In this document: positions 52,179 to 64,000 of the stretch, in pieces
Layout of the letters: each line of letters opens with the position of its first letter
Numbering within the stretch: position 1 is the first letter of the stretch
NCBI RefSeq assembly: GCF_964194025.1
Contig: NC_134472.1
Location: forward strand, 52,762,001 to 52,826,000
From: Convolutriloba macropyga
Lineage: Eukaryota
Length of the DNA: 64,000 nt
Direction of reading: 5' to 3'
Made by a program: the position numbers and the translations under genes
The notes under the pieces: model-generated
Database searches by the model: none
The model's input: only the letters and a program-made list of their open reading frames with translations
Told to the model about the DNA's origin: nothing

Positions 52179-55100
52179 TCTTACCATTCAAACTTTTTGA
52201 CAATGTTTTTGTTATCCATCTGCGTAATTGTTTTCTGACCCGTCTGCTCAGCCTTTAAATTAGTACACAGAAAAAATTATAATACGTACACTCAGTCATA
52301 TTACGGATAGTCTACGTACACACCCAAAAACTTGATTTTATTTCGATCATTTCGACTGCAAGGTGAATAAATATTTTAGTGCGACCTGTTAAAAACCTTG
52401 AAAACAGAAAAATGTCTAACATGGAAAAAAATCTTAGCTTGAGGAGCAACTCAAAAATATTTCTAAAAGACAGGTTGCCAATTTTGGATTTCAATCCAAC
52501 AAGAAGAATTTATTACGCGGTTCAGTTCGAGCCATTAACACTTCTTCTTTAAAATACCAGAGAAACTTTATCACTATTGCAAACAATAAAACACAAATTT
52601 TTCGAAGCAGTACAAAATTCAGCTTAAAAATAATAACAATTGTCATTTTTTTCTGGTTTTTCTTTAGACGTTGATAGTTTTTACTACCTCTCTGATTTTC
52701 GCCTGATCAACAAGAGACCAGAAAATTCTTTTTTTCTGTTTTCTGTTTTGCAAAATTGATGTTTTTGTCATTGAAGAATGTTTTTGTTAATTTAGCTTTA
52801 TAATTAGTTTGATTTCTTTTTGAGTTTGAAAGTATTAGAAAAAAAACCCGGTATGCGTATAAATTGATTTTTTTTTCGTTTTTATCAAATATATTTTAAG
52901 ATATATCTATTCTACTCGGTTAAGTTTTCTCAATATTTTGGTTTAATTAGTTTTTTTTAATTGCTTCTAACGGTAAGAAAATCTAGCTCCTAGTTTGTCT
53001 TTGTCCAAATTGTTTGATTTCTTGTTCAATTTTTTGAAAATGTTTTGTTTCCCTTGAACCAAGTGTTAATTTATCTTCTTGTGATGTTTTTCACGTTTTA
53101 AAAAAACAAAAACTGAGAGCTCAAAGTGAATCTAAGATGGGGGATAAAAACAATTATTGATGGAGTAATTCAGGTTTCTCAGTTAGTTGTAGGTTTGAGT
53201 TTTCGTAGAAAAATGACTTTTTTTATGTGTCAACGAAAGAATTCATTATAATGACACAATCTTAAATATTTTATCTATTTACAGTTTTCTTTGGAGCGCC
53301 AAACTTTCTGTGTTTGTTGTTTTCTTCGGCGACAGGATTGAAGTTGAAAGCAATAGTAATAAAATTATTGAGAAGTTAATTACCTATCTGGTTGCATTTT
53401 TTCATTTTTAGTGATGCTTTACTTTCCGTAATCTCTCAGTTGTAGAGTTAGCTGCACCTATCTACTTCTTGGGTTTCATTAAAATAAGCGCCCAAATTTT
53501 CAGAACCAGAAATGCTTTTTTTGGAGAGCAAAATTGTGTTTTGGTAAAATTTTCTGACTGAAATGCAAAGAGACTGAAACCATAAAAAATTGAAAACTAT
53601 GCAGAAATTCTGGGTTCTTTGTTAGAAAACTAAGTTAGGGATAGACGGACTTTCCCTTCCAAATTGAACTCGAACGAATGGTTCTTCGGTTCTTCTCTTC
53701 AAAATACAAGAAAGCCAAAATTTAAAATCCTGAATTGCCTTTGTTTCTAGCGTATTAATTTTTGGTTGAGATAATCAAATGATAAAACGAATACCGTTAA
53801 TCATGATACTCTGATAGTAACAATTCCAACGTTTGCTTCATAAAAGAATTTTATTTTAATATCTTCTTTTTCTTCTATTTCTTTATTAACATTTTTGTAC
53901 TTATTTTTTTAAGGAACATTTTATAAGCTTTTCATACCTGAATTAAAAATCTAAAAGCTTTTATTAAACTGTCACAGGAAATGTTCCTGGCTGTTTGATT
54001 TCAATAGTTAATCAATAACCATGACAGATTCGGTTTGGTGGCGTACCGACTAACACAAAGTTTCTTTTGTTCATGAGATATAATTTTTATTGCGGCCTAT
54101 GATTTGATTAAATTTATTTAACCTAGTTATCATTAGACAAAAAAATTATTAATAATCAATAAGGCTACAAAACAGTGGCTATGCGATATCAGTAAGTTTT
54201 CTTAGAGCAGGTGTTTAATGCCTCTCAAAGGAAAATGAGCTCATTTTAGTTAAGACCTCCATTTTCTGACGTCAGACGGTTTTGTTTGAAAATTTATGTT
54301 GCACTTTTATCCTCACGTTTTTTCAAATTATATGGTTTCCTGAATCTGTGCCAGATCAATAATTTTGTTTTTGGATATTACTCAAGATAAGGGAATCTGA
54401 TATAAAACATTGCTGAAGAATTGTGATTACTGCTGACATTGCATCTCATTCGGTTTATTCTCGTCTTTCGAAAATTTAAATGTAACATATGATTACAAAA
54501 AATTTGCAAAAAAATTGAAACTTTCAAAGCCATTATCGGCTACATTTTGACTGTGAGGGGAACAAAAATGCTAAATACGAAATCATACTTTTCGGGTTGA
54601 AGAAGGAATCGTGTCATTTGAATAATGACAAGTAGCTCGTAAAAAAGCTTTATATGGACGATTTTTTGCCCGAACGGCAGTTCTTTAGTATAGAATGTTT
54701 GAATTCATCAGAGAAAATTATCTAAGTTTTGACCCATTTCTTATCCAAGTTCTACTAAGAGACGTCAGTTTTAATAACCAAATGACATTTCATTTGAAGC
54801 ATTCTTTAAAATTGTGAGATTAAATGTATCCTGGTTTCAATTTACTTTGAACTGTTCATTTCTTGTAACATATTAGCAATTCAAGATCTGAAATCTGACC
54901 TTACCTAACTCAAATTGTCTGGAAATGTCTCATAGTCAATCAAAAGATGAGTTTGATCAATCAAAGCAAGTCAATTTTCATTGTGTTTTGTCAACAATCT
55001 ATCTCAATGGTAGATTGTTTCTAAAGCTTCGATTCGCACAATTTCTTTACGAAAAAAGTTTTTTTCCTGAACATCTTTTAGCTCAACAAATCTTTGATTG

Positions 55101-58100
55101 TTTTTCATTTATATGTTGAGAATTGCTGCAGAGCAAATTTTAACTCTTTTCGTAGCATCCTTTCATTCAAATTCTTTATTTATCATTGTTGTATTTTTAA
55201 GGTTTCATAAAACGAAGAACATTTTTTGAAACGATCCTGGTGGACATTAGTCAATGTATTTTCAGGCAATTTTCAGTTTAATTCATTAACAAATCATGCT
55301 GTCATTTGGGACGAACTTTGAAGTTGCTGCCCACAGAATCCGGTTTTTAATTCCAACAATTATTTTGCAGTAAAATTTCCCAAATTATTTTGTTGTTTTC
55401 TAGTTGTTTTCCAGTCTCTCCGTTGATTGCTTGGGACAACCAATTTGTAAAATTGCTTACTGTTTTCGTCGTTTGAATGTTGGTTAGTTTTGGAGTCAAA
55501 AATCCCCTCTCGTTGGTTGAGTTTCAGTCCACACAATTGCGGTTGTTAGGGAGCTTTAGCGCGTATCATGATTGCAATTTCTTGGATAACAACTGTAGAA
55601 TTTGACTCGGTCAATTTGTTAAATGAAACTGATCAGGCAACAGTAAAGTTGTTAAAATGATAATTGATCTATCTATTAATCAATTTTTTCACCCACAAAA
55701 AACAAAAGACACTTTTTTTGAAAATTTTGGGTAGTAGTAGAGTTTTGACAGCCTATTCGATCATTTGAACTATCTGAAAAGTATTGAAACTGATGATTTC
55801 GATGTCTAATTATCTAGAGGATGGAGTAGAAAACGTGCTATGAAAACCGCAATCACTAACTATGCAGTTCATTAACTGAACGAGGTTTTTTTAAATTGGT
55901 CGAATCTTATCTGTACCTCATAGTATTTCCGCTTCATTTTCGCATTTTTTAAATCCCGTTATTCAAAGCCATATCTTGCTAGACGAAAACAAAAAATCTT
56001 TTAATGTCTCATTGGTGACAAAAAGAAAACCTGAAAAGGGTTCTGACATTGCAAACATCGATTTCGGCTCAATCTGCCTCTACTCTTGCGCCCTTAAGCT
56101 GCTCAATTTTTGCAACCCCCCAAAAAATCGAAATTGCCAGACGGAGAAGTTAATTTAGAAGCCAAAAATTAAAATCAACTGGCACCCATACTTATTCTTT
56201 TGGAAACCAGTGGCTTTCATTTTCACTAGGTCAAGCAAAACGTTTTTAGCAATTGGATTGTAGTGAATACAGAAATTGCCTATGTCTATCTCATAAAATC
56301 ACAGTAAGCAAAAGTTGAATCTGATAAATAAGTATCCGGGAAGAATGCATAATTTGCATCGTTTGATCTCTCGTGAAATATAAAACTCGGGACATGCAAA
56401 CAAAATTGATTGATGTATCCGGGTCAATTGAAGCAAACGATGCAATCCACAATCCTTCAAAGTTGTCATTTACAAAATCATTTGACAGCATTTACTGATG
56501 TGCAGATTCAAAATGGACAATTTTTTTAAATAAAATGCCAGATTTTAAAGCTTGGCAATGAGAGCATTTGAAAGGAAGTTGCATGACTCAGCCGAAGTTC
56601 TAAAGAATTTTTGACTGAGCATAGCATACGGCTACGCAATTTTTGACGAGTTCTAGATGATAACGCACCTGCTAAATAAAGTTAAGGCAATTTTATCTTA
56701 AAAAGCAACCTACCTCAACTGTTAACCTCAACTTAACTGTATAATTTAATTGTTAAAACTAATCGTTAAAAGTTAATTGTTAATTCTTCTGGTATTGTTT
56801 TTTTAAGTTTCCGTATCAATAGCAAGGTAATTTTGTAGCAGCTTTAGAGAAAATTAGAAAATCTAAGGACGAAACGATAAAAATTTCGAGGAAAATAATG
56901 TTTTTGTTCAGTTTTGTAGTTTTTTCCAATATGAAATCGGAGCCAACATTTTTTTTCCGAGGAAATTTAATGCAAAAGTAGGGATTTTAGTTGTTTTTAT
57001 ATGTAATTAATGCACTCAACTGAAGCTGAAAAAGAATTGTTGCTTAGAGAGAAAAAAATATTGAATTAGCCCTAAAGTAATAAAACTTTATGAAACAATG
57101 AAGCAGATAGGAGGCAGCAAATAAGAAATTAATTGAGAGTCTTAAAAGCTCCCGTCTTTGTAAATTCTGTTTTTTATTCAATTTGTTTCCCAGATGCACT
57201 TTAATTGCTCGTCACTACGTTGTTGCTCGTCAACTAACCAAAAACAGGTTGCTCGTCAACTATCTTTTATCTTGTCAATAGGCCCTACAGGAGTTATAGG
57301 GAATAGAAAGAGGATTTGTGCTCACTTAAAAGGCTTAGAAAACAAATATTTATTCTTTTGGAAAACTTTGTAAACAATTTTTGAGCACTTTATTGTATAT
57401 CAGATTGCTTTGAGATTTGATGGTCATGGAGTTCTCGTACTTATCTTTTTTCACTTTTTATTCAACTATTTATTCCTCATTTTGACCCCATTTTTATTGT
57501 TTTTCTTAAAAGAAACCTTTGACATAAAGAACTGAAACATGGCTTGAATTCAACAAGCTGTTAAAGATACGTGCAAAATTTAGTTGTTAAAAGTGGGAAA
57601 GTTGTTGAAAAATTTCGATTGAAAATTTGCACACACTTTAATCTTGTTTTTGATTTTATTTAAAGTTTTCTTTTATCTGCTTCTCAGAAAGACACGGTTA
57701 TATTTGCGTTTTTAATGGATAAATATTTTATAACTGTCAGTTGTTCTTCAGGCAAGAGTTCATGAATAAATTTGAAAACAGTATCTAAAATTTTAATAAG
57801 ATATTCTGTTTTTTCTCTTTCTTAATTTTTTATTAGACAATGATTAAACTTGTAACGGCTGCTCTCCTATCAAAGTCAAGGAAAGCTTTACACCGCCCAG
57901 TTCGTTTCAGCGGTTTCAAATCTTTCCGGATATTGTGTTTTTGCAGTTAACTTTTATGAACTGTATTATCCGCTATATTGTTGAATGCCGTTGCAATACT
58001 TGTTGCTCAATTACTCCTGATAACTAATCGCTCAGCTTTGCTGTATAACAAACTTGTTTCTCTCAGAATAACAAAATAATTCAAATTGAAACAATCAAAT

Positions 58101-61100
58101 TTCGCTTGAGTTTTGGTTAATAACTCAAGTTATACTTCGAAATTTCAAAATCTCCTATGTACAGCTCTAGGTAACTATAAACTACTGGTTAGGGCAAATG
58201 ATTTCCGTCTCCGATATTATAATATTTTCGGAGAGTTTTTCCCGATAATCAAATTTAACAAATGTAACCAAATTCGCACTTTGTGCTTCTCAGCGCACTC
58301 AATTGCTCAATAACGCAATCAGTGAACTACACTAGGCTTCGTTAAAGACAGTAAGAGAAACTGACTTTATGCTTTGCGCAAAGATTCTCTTACTTAGGAA
58401 CTTCGTTCCTCAGAAAATAAGTTTTGAGAATATCAAAGTTAAATCTCTTTTCACAAGTCAAAGTAAAGTTCAATTCGTACAATCACTAATATGATCTCCA
58501 GAAACAAGACACAGTAACAAGTAATTTACCGCTCAAGAAATTGTGCTTCAATACGCACTGTATGTCAGTTTATTGTAACCAAAATTGCAAATTTTAACTG
58601 ATTTTTGGTAGTTTTTCAAGCTCTATTTATGCTGCCGTACATCTCTGATTGGTTGTAGATAAAGATGTTGACAGAATGTGAACACTTTTCCATAACGTCA
58701 CTTTTTCAGTGTAAATTTGATGTCATGAGGTTTGTCAACCATGAAGAAGTTTTGTCGAATATTCTGTATCAATAACAGGTTGATTCGCAATCCATTCGCA
58801 AAGAATCTGATGCAATACTGTTAAATCGTAGTATTGTTTCGCTGGTGGTTAAGGTAGTTCGAGTTTGAGTTTCACTTCATGTATGACGATTGTGTACTAA
58901 TAATAGTTGCTAAATATAAATGTTGAACTAAGTGAACAAATCCGTATGGCTTCAGTAGAATGTGGCTTTAAATTTCGTTCTTCATGCTATTCTAGCTTTA
59001 ATACTTGAAATAGCCTTGAAGAGCTATTCAATTCGATTTCTGAGTTATTAAGCTCTGCCGCGATAAACCTAGAAAAAATTAATGTTTTCAATTTGAGAAT
59101 ACAATGATTAACAAATTTTTATGAAAGCGCATAACCAAATGTTTGCGTTTCAGCAATCTATAGTTAAGTTGCACAGTATACAAATAAGAATAAATTGATT
59201 GGCAATCGATTTTCAATTTTGCAATTGATACTAAAGTTCTTCTCTGGATATTCAACTCGAATTTCGTAGAACACAAAAAGTGTTACTTCTGAAACAAAAA
59301 CCATTTTAGTTTAATTTCTTTTAAAAAGAGTTGCGAATATGTAAGTGGTATGAAACCTTGGGTTCTTTTCGAACGAAACAACCTTAGTAAACGCCACTGC
59401 CATTGAGCGATAGCAAAAAAGCATACCATATACCAAAGAATAATAAATAGCATGAAACAAACACTGGTCAGTTTTAAAACCTGACCTCCTATTCTAAATT
59501 TATTTCTCGAGTTTTCCCTCCATGAACTATTTTTGCTCAACACTTCTGTGATGTAAATATATGCCCACAAAAGATACCCGGTCTTTTTATTTACTACTAC
59601 CAGAATTTATAAGAAATTAATAAAAATTATAGTTTTTATTAAAAAACATAGGGGAAGGATCGCAAATCACTGTATTATATTTCAAAGCAAGATTTCGATA
59701 GGTTGATATATTTTTTAAATTGGGTGATTTTCTAATTGTTTTGAATTAAGATATACTGAAACAGAAACGATGTGAGCTAAATTGACAGCTTTTTAATCAT
59801 TAAATACTTCGTTATAAAGCTCTTTGATCTTAAAATTCAACGAGAAAATTATCGAATTTAGGTTTATAGAATAAATTCTTTCATTTTTATTTAGTGTTTC
59901 TTCAAATGAACAAAAATTTTGCCCTTTTCAGCATATTTTTTTTAAAATTTGAACAATACTTTATTCAACATTATTACCATACAGTTCAAACTCATAAAAA
60001 TTTTTTATGGTTGGTTTTTTGGAAAAAAATACACACATTCTGACTATTTTGGCAGTATTGGGTGTATTTTTGTACATTTTTGCATCTGGATTGTTCTAAT
60101 GCTTTATAAATATTTTATTTTTTTAATCCTCTGAGAACCAGGAAAGTGCTGATTTGAGCTGTGGTTAGAAGTTTTAAATTCTTTTTCATTACTTTTTTTG
60201 AAAATTATCACATTTTGAGCATTGAAAATTCATCATATTTTCTGCTTGTCGCACGAATTGACTTCCGTTCTATGGAAAGCAGCTCTTTGAAAGTCGTAAA
60301 GTTTGTTCAAACTTTTTTTGTTCCCCTCGATTAACAGTTTTATATATGATAAACTTTACAGTTCTGAAAAACTATGAATAGGGGTAGATGACAAATTTTA
60401 AAGCTTGATTGTAAAAAATGTTTACAAGTTTGGGTTTTGGTCAACTAATGTTAATTGTACCGCGTTTCTTGTAGCTCTGATTCTGTTGATTGTTATTTTT
60501 AGGTATCTGCAGCTTCTCAGGTTAAAGTTCACCCAGGCCGCTGTTGAAACTGCATCAATTATTATAAAGTTAATGATAACATTTTAGCTGAATTACTTCT
60601 GTAACGCACGACGTAATTCAACGAACGAAAATTATCAGAACTGATGTACTTTTCTTTCCTCATAGATTGTGTGAAGGATGTAGAACCTGGTGTGTTTTAG
60701 TAGTTGATGTAATTTACTATAGAGATTCTATATATACAATTGATTGCGGTTTTTTTGCTCATTTTTTCTTTCTTGGGTTTCAATGTAATTCTATTGAACA
60801 GTTTAGTTCAAGGTCCGTTGAATAATTTACTTTTGTACTGTTACAAAAACTCTCTTTGACTCTAAACAGTATTCTGAAAAAAATAGTCATAATCTGTTTT
60901 GCGCTGCCGGTTTTTCCACCTTGACGGTTTACTCTGTGTAAAGGCTAGTGAAAAACTGTTTTGTTTGTCTAGAGGAATTTTCTCCAAACATGATTAAATA
61001 TTTTTTAAAAAATGGCGAGGCTTATGCTTATTTTTCAACATCTACTAATTTTGATTTTGTGGTTTTAATGGACGGTGGAGGGTCCGAATTTTTCACGCGG

Positions 61101-62517
61101 CCAATGTTTTCTCAAAGTGCATTTTTGCCAGATCCATTTAAGAACGTGTCATCTTGTAAACTTTTTTGTTAGTCCACAATTATGGAATTAATTGTTGTGA
61201 CTGAGGCATCGTTTAGCATATCAAATATTCTAAAAAATTTGCACAATTAAAACGTTATGGCTACAGCCCTCCCAATGAAGTGATTTCATCCATTTTAAGT
61301 CGATAAATACGAGTGCGGATTTGTTGTTTTTGTTTTTTTTTAAATTTTATTTATAATCTTCCGAGCCTTATTGTTAACACTTGGATTATTGCATTTTTGC
61401 TCATTTTCAGGCGGCTAATAAATAGTTTTTGCTCATTTTTTTGCTAGATTTATGTTTTCTTTTGATACTTATTTTGTAAATTGTATTGCATCGTATTAAT
61501 CATTAACGTTTCTACGAGTAATTTTTGCTTATTTCGGATAACTGTTCGCAAATTAACCCCCACAATCGCTAAAACGAGCCTTTTATCAGCTGTTAATAAT
61601 ATTTGGCCAAGCACTTGGTGGGCAACCATGCTTCAAAAAGTTTTTGGTAAAATAGATTATAAATTCTTAAATGTAGATTTACTACATTTTTTGCCTGTCA
61701 TGGAGAATTTTTCCGACGAAAGATTTTGGTAGTTTTCAATTTTCAATTTATAATAAACTTAGCAGATTTGATGCTAGCGGGGTAGCAATCTGTGGTCTAA
61801 TTCCACACTACGAATTGAGTCTGTTGAAATTGATATATCGTCTAATTAAATTACAGTGGAAGTTAAGAGGTCATTTAAATACAAAAATCGGTCCATTTTC
61901 TAGCCTACTTTTATTATAGGAAAATTATAAGATAGTGTGGAAAGCATTATTGATGGTATACTTGATTTATGACTGATTCCTTATATCGATCATTTCTGAT
62001 CAGTTTTGATGTTAGTACGGGAGGCGGTCAAATTGGAAAAAAATCACCACTCTGATCCAGTACTGATCCTGTAGTGATTCAGTATGACTTAGTTTAACGG
62101 GTCGTGTAAGGACACAAAAGGGTCAGAAATAAAGAAAATTACCTGAAAATTTCTCTTTGTAGGTCATAAAAATTTAGTCATTCAGTTTCCTTTTAGTATA
62201 CTACTCTTCAGGAGGCTATAGTAAACAGAGTCTGTGAAACTATCATGTAACATTTCAACTGAATCCCTGCTGATTCAGTATGACACCTTTTCTGATCAGG
62301 GAAGAATGATGCAAATCTTGCAAGAACCTTACAAGAAAAATAGAATTAGTATATATTCGCTTCCAATTAGTATTCAAGTTTGCTTGCAAGATATATGCAG
62401 GATTTTGAACCCTTTGGTCACTAGCGAATCCGATGTGATCATGGTTCCATTTGAGTAATCGGCTAAGTTATAACTTAAGCATGTCTAAATATATTTCACC
62501 TCTCTGTTTCTTTTAAG

Positions 62518-62576
62518 GTGTTCTAGCGTCAGTCACCCGTGGTTTATTTGCTTAGCGGTCTGCCTTTGTTCTCAAG
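62518..62576 (+). CDS. Possible further small exon of the host gene
   Basis: Pyrimidine-rich acceptor ctctctgtttcttttaag and donor ag|gtatcg; open in the phase-2 frame required by the 45792 donor (CSSVSHPWFICLAVCLCSQ). Splice signals only. Confidence 0.2.
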
Positions 62577-64000
62577 GTATCGATTCACGTTGAGGAAACA
62601 CTCATGCGCATTTTTGTCACTTTTAATCAAACTGTAATGAAGCGATCTTCAAACAACCGGGGGCTTCTTTGAATTATTCACAAGGGCCTTTTAAATATGA
62701 CATCGCTGAGCTGTTTTTTGTTGCTATTTTGAGCCGCTTAATTATTAATAACTCGCAACCCCGTCGCTTGTTTATCGACATTTAAGTGTAAATATTTCCA
62801 GTGTTACCTGTGATTATTTCTCAATTTCCTCAGCCGATTAAAGTGCGTTTTTCAATCCGAAATACGTTAGCTGGGAGGTCTAACTTTTGTTGGTAATAAC
62901 GGCTTCCTGTAAACACAAGGCCATAACGCTTGACTTAGAAGAATATTTGAACTATGCGCATAGTGTCTATGTTGGGCGAATTTCAGACAGATTTTGTCTG
63001 AGAAGCAGAAAGTTGAAAGAAGCAGGGTCAAATCAAATGAAATTACCCTCTTGGCCCCCGTAATGTAGTGTCTATCTATTCTGAGCAGCAGCAATGTATT
63101 GTCGAGTTAATGATGTGTTATAATATAACGACCTTCCTTTCATTTGTGAAGTGGGAAAATTATTGGAAATGGCCCGAAAGTGTCGCCTGACCTTTCATGA
63201 TCAAATGTGGTTGACTTTGAGGTTAGGCTAATTGGACGGTCGGCCTTGAGAACAGCTGTTGTGTTTTGTGTGTGTGTGTTGAGTGCCCGTGGCAGTATTT
63301 TTGGTGGAATCTGCGGATATTGCAAAACCAAGCCAGACCTTTTCCTTCTCCCCTTTTCCCAATTTTGATCTGGATAGATAGGCACAAATTAAAGCTACCC
63401 CACTTGCACTATTTACCAAACTCTCTCACGGTATGCGCCACAAAGTTAGAGTTAGTCGTGAAATATTCATTCAACACATTCAGTGAATAAACTGTCTCTA
63501 TGTGTGTATTGGAAGGTATTTAAGTGAACACAAATAAAACTACCACCCCGTTTAATATGCGAGCGATAGGTACACTGCTTTGTTTGCATAACACCACGGG
63601 ACGGACCGATTCAGATTGCAGGGTTGGGGGGGGGGGGTGTTGAGGGGTTAGTGGCAAGTTTATTGGTGGCTAAATTGGGGCGGCATATTGCATTAATACT
63701 TTGTGACTGAGATCTGGTCTGGCAGTGCCGGTCTTTTATACCTGATAATAATCCGGGCCAAAATGCCAAGGGACTTCTTAGTGTGTGCTCTCTTTCTCCT
63801 CCGGTCGCTTCCAGACCCGCTCTTATTCAGGACCCAGCCCCATTCAAGCCATAGGAAGATATATCAACTTATTCTGAGAACCTGAAATAGACGATCAAAG
63901 ACCTGCAGCAACCCCTCCAGTAACTAACTAGCGACTTATTAGCCCACTGTTTTATGCCACCAACAAGTGTTCCTTTATCTTTTCACTCTTAAGTGTCTTC

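Noticed and set aside
58263-58519. Possible solo LTR (tgtaac...gtaaca)
   Set aside because: No matching target-site duplication and no second copy in the window.

Overview
AT-rich eukaryotic (metazoan-like) genomic DNA, mostly intronic and transposon-derived. I saw no rRNA, tRNA or CRISPR. Best-supported features: (1) A full-length Ty1/Copia LTR retrotransposon on the minus strand (23701-29170), with 609-bp LTRs differing at 2 positions, an AACTT target-site duplication (TSD), a half-tRNA-iMet primer-binding site (PBS), a polypurine tract and a heavily disabled gag-pol. (2) Probable exons of a large plus-strand host gene: an N-myristoylation start MGGSSSK at 16100, a micro-exon at 16381, a Pro-rich exon near 37.6 kb and a Tyr-motif exon at 45183-45792. 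(3) An 11-unit 200/180-bp satellite and three near-identical tandem duplications (units about 718, 1432 and 712 bp). (4) Non-autonomous CCC-ended TIR elements. (5) Many decayed, mutually homologous fragments of a large unidentified element family. The most unusual item is a compact convergent gene pair at 42.1-43.5 kb: a Ginger/GIN-type integrase N-terminus with an H2C2 zinc finger fused directly to an OTU-like protease, with no DDE catalytic core, facing a small basic ORF with a histone-H3-tail-like motif. All alignments were done by eye; no database search was run.
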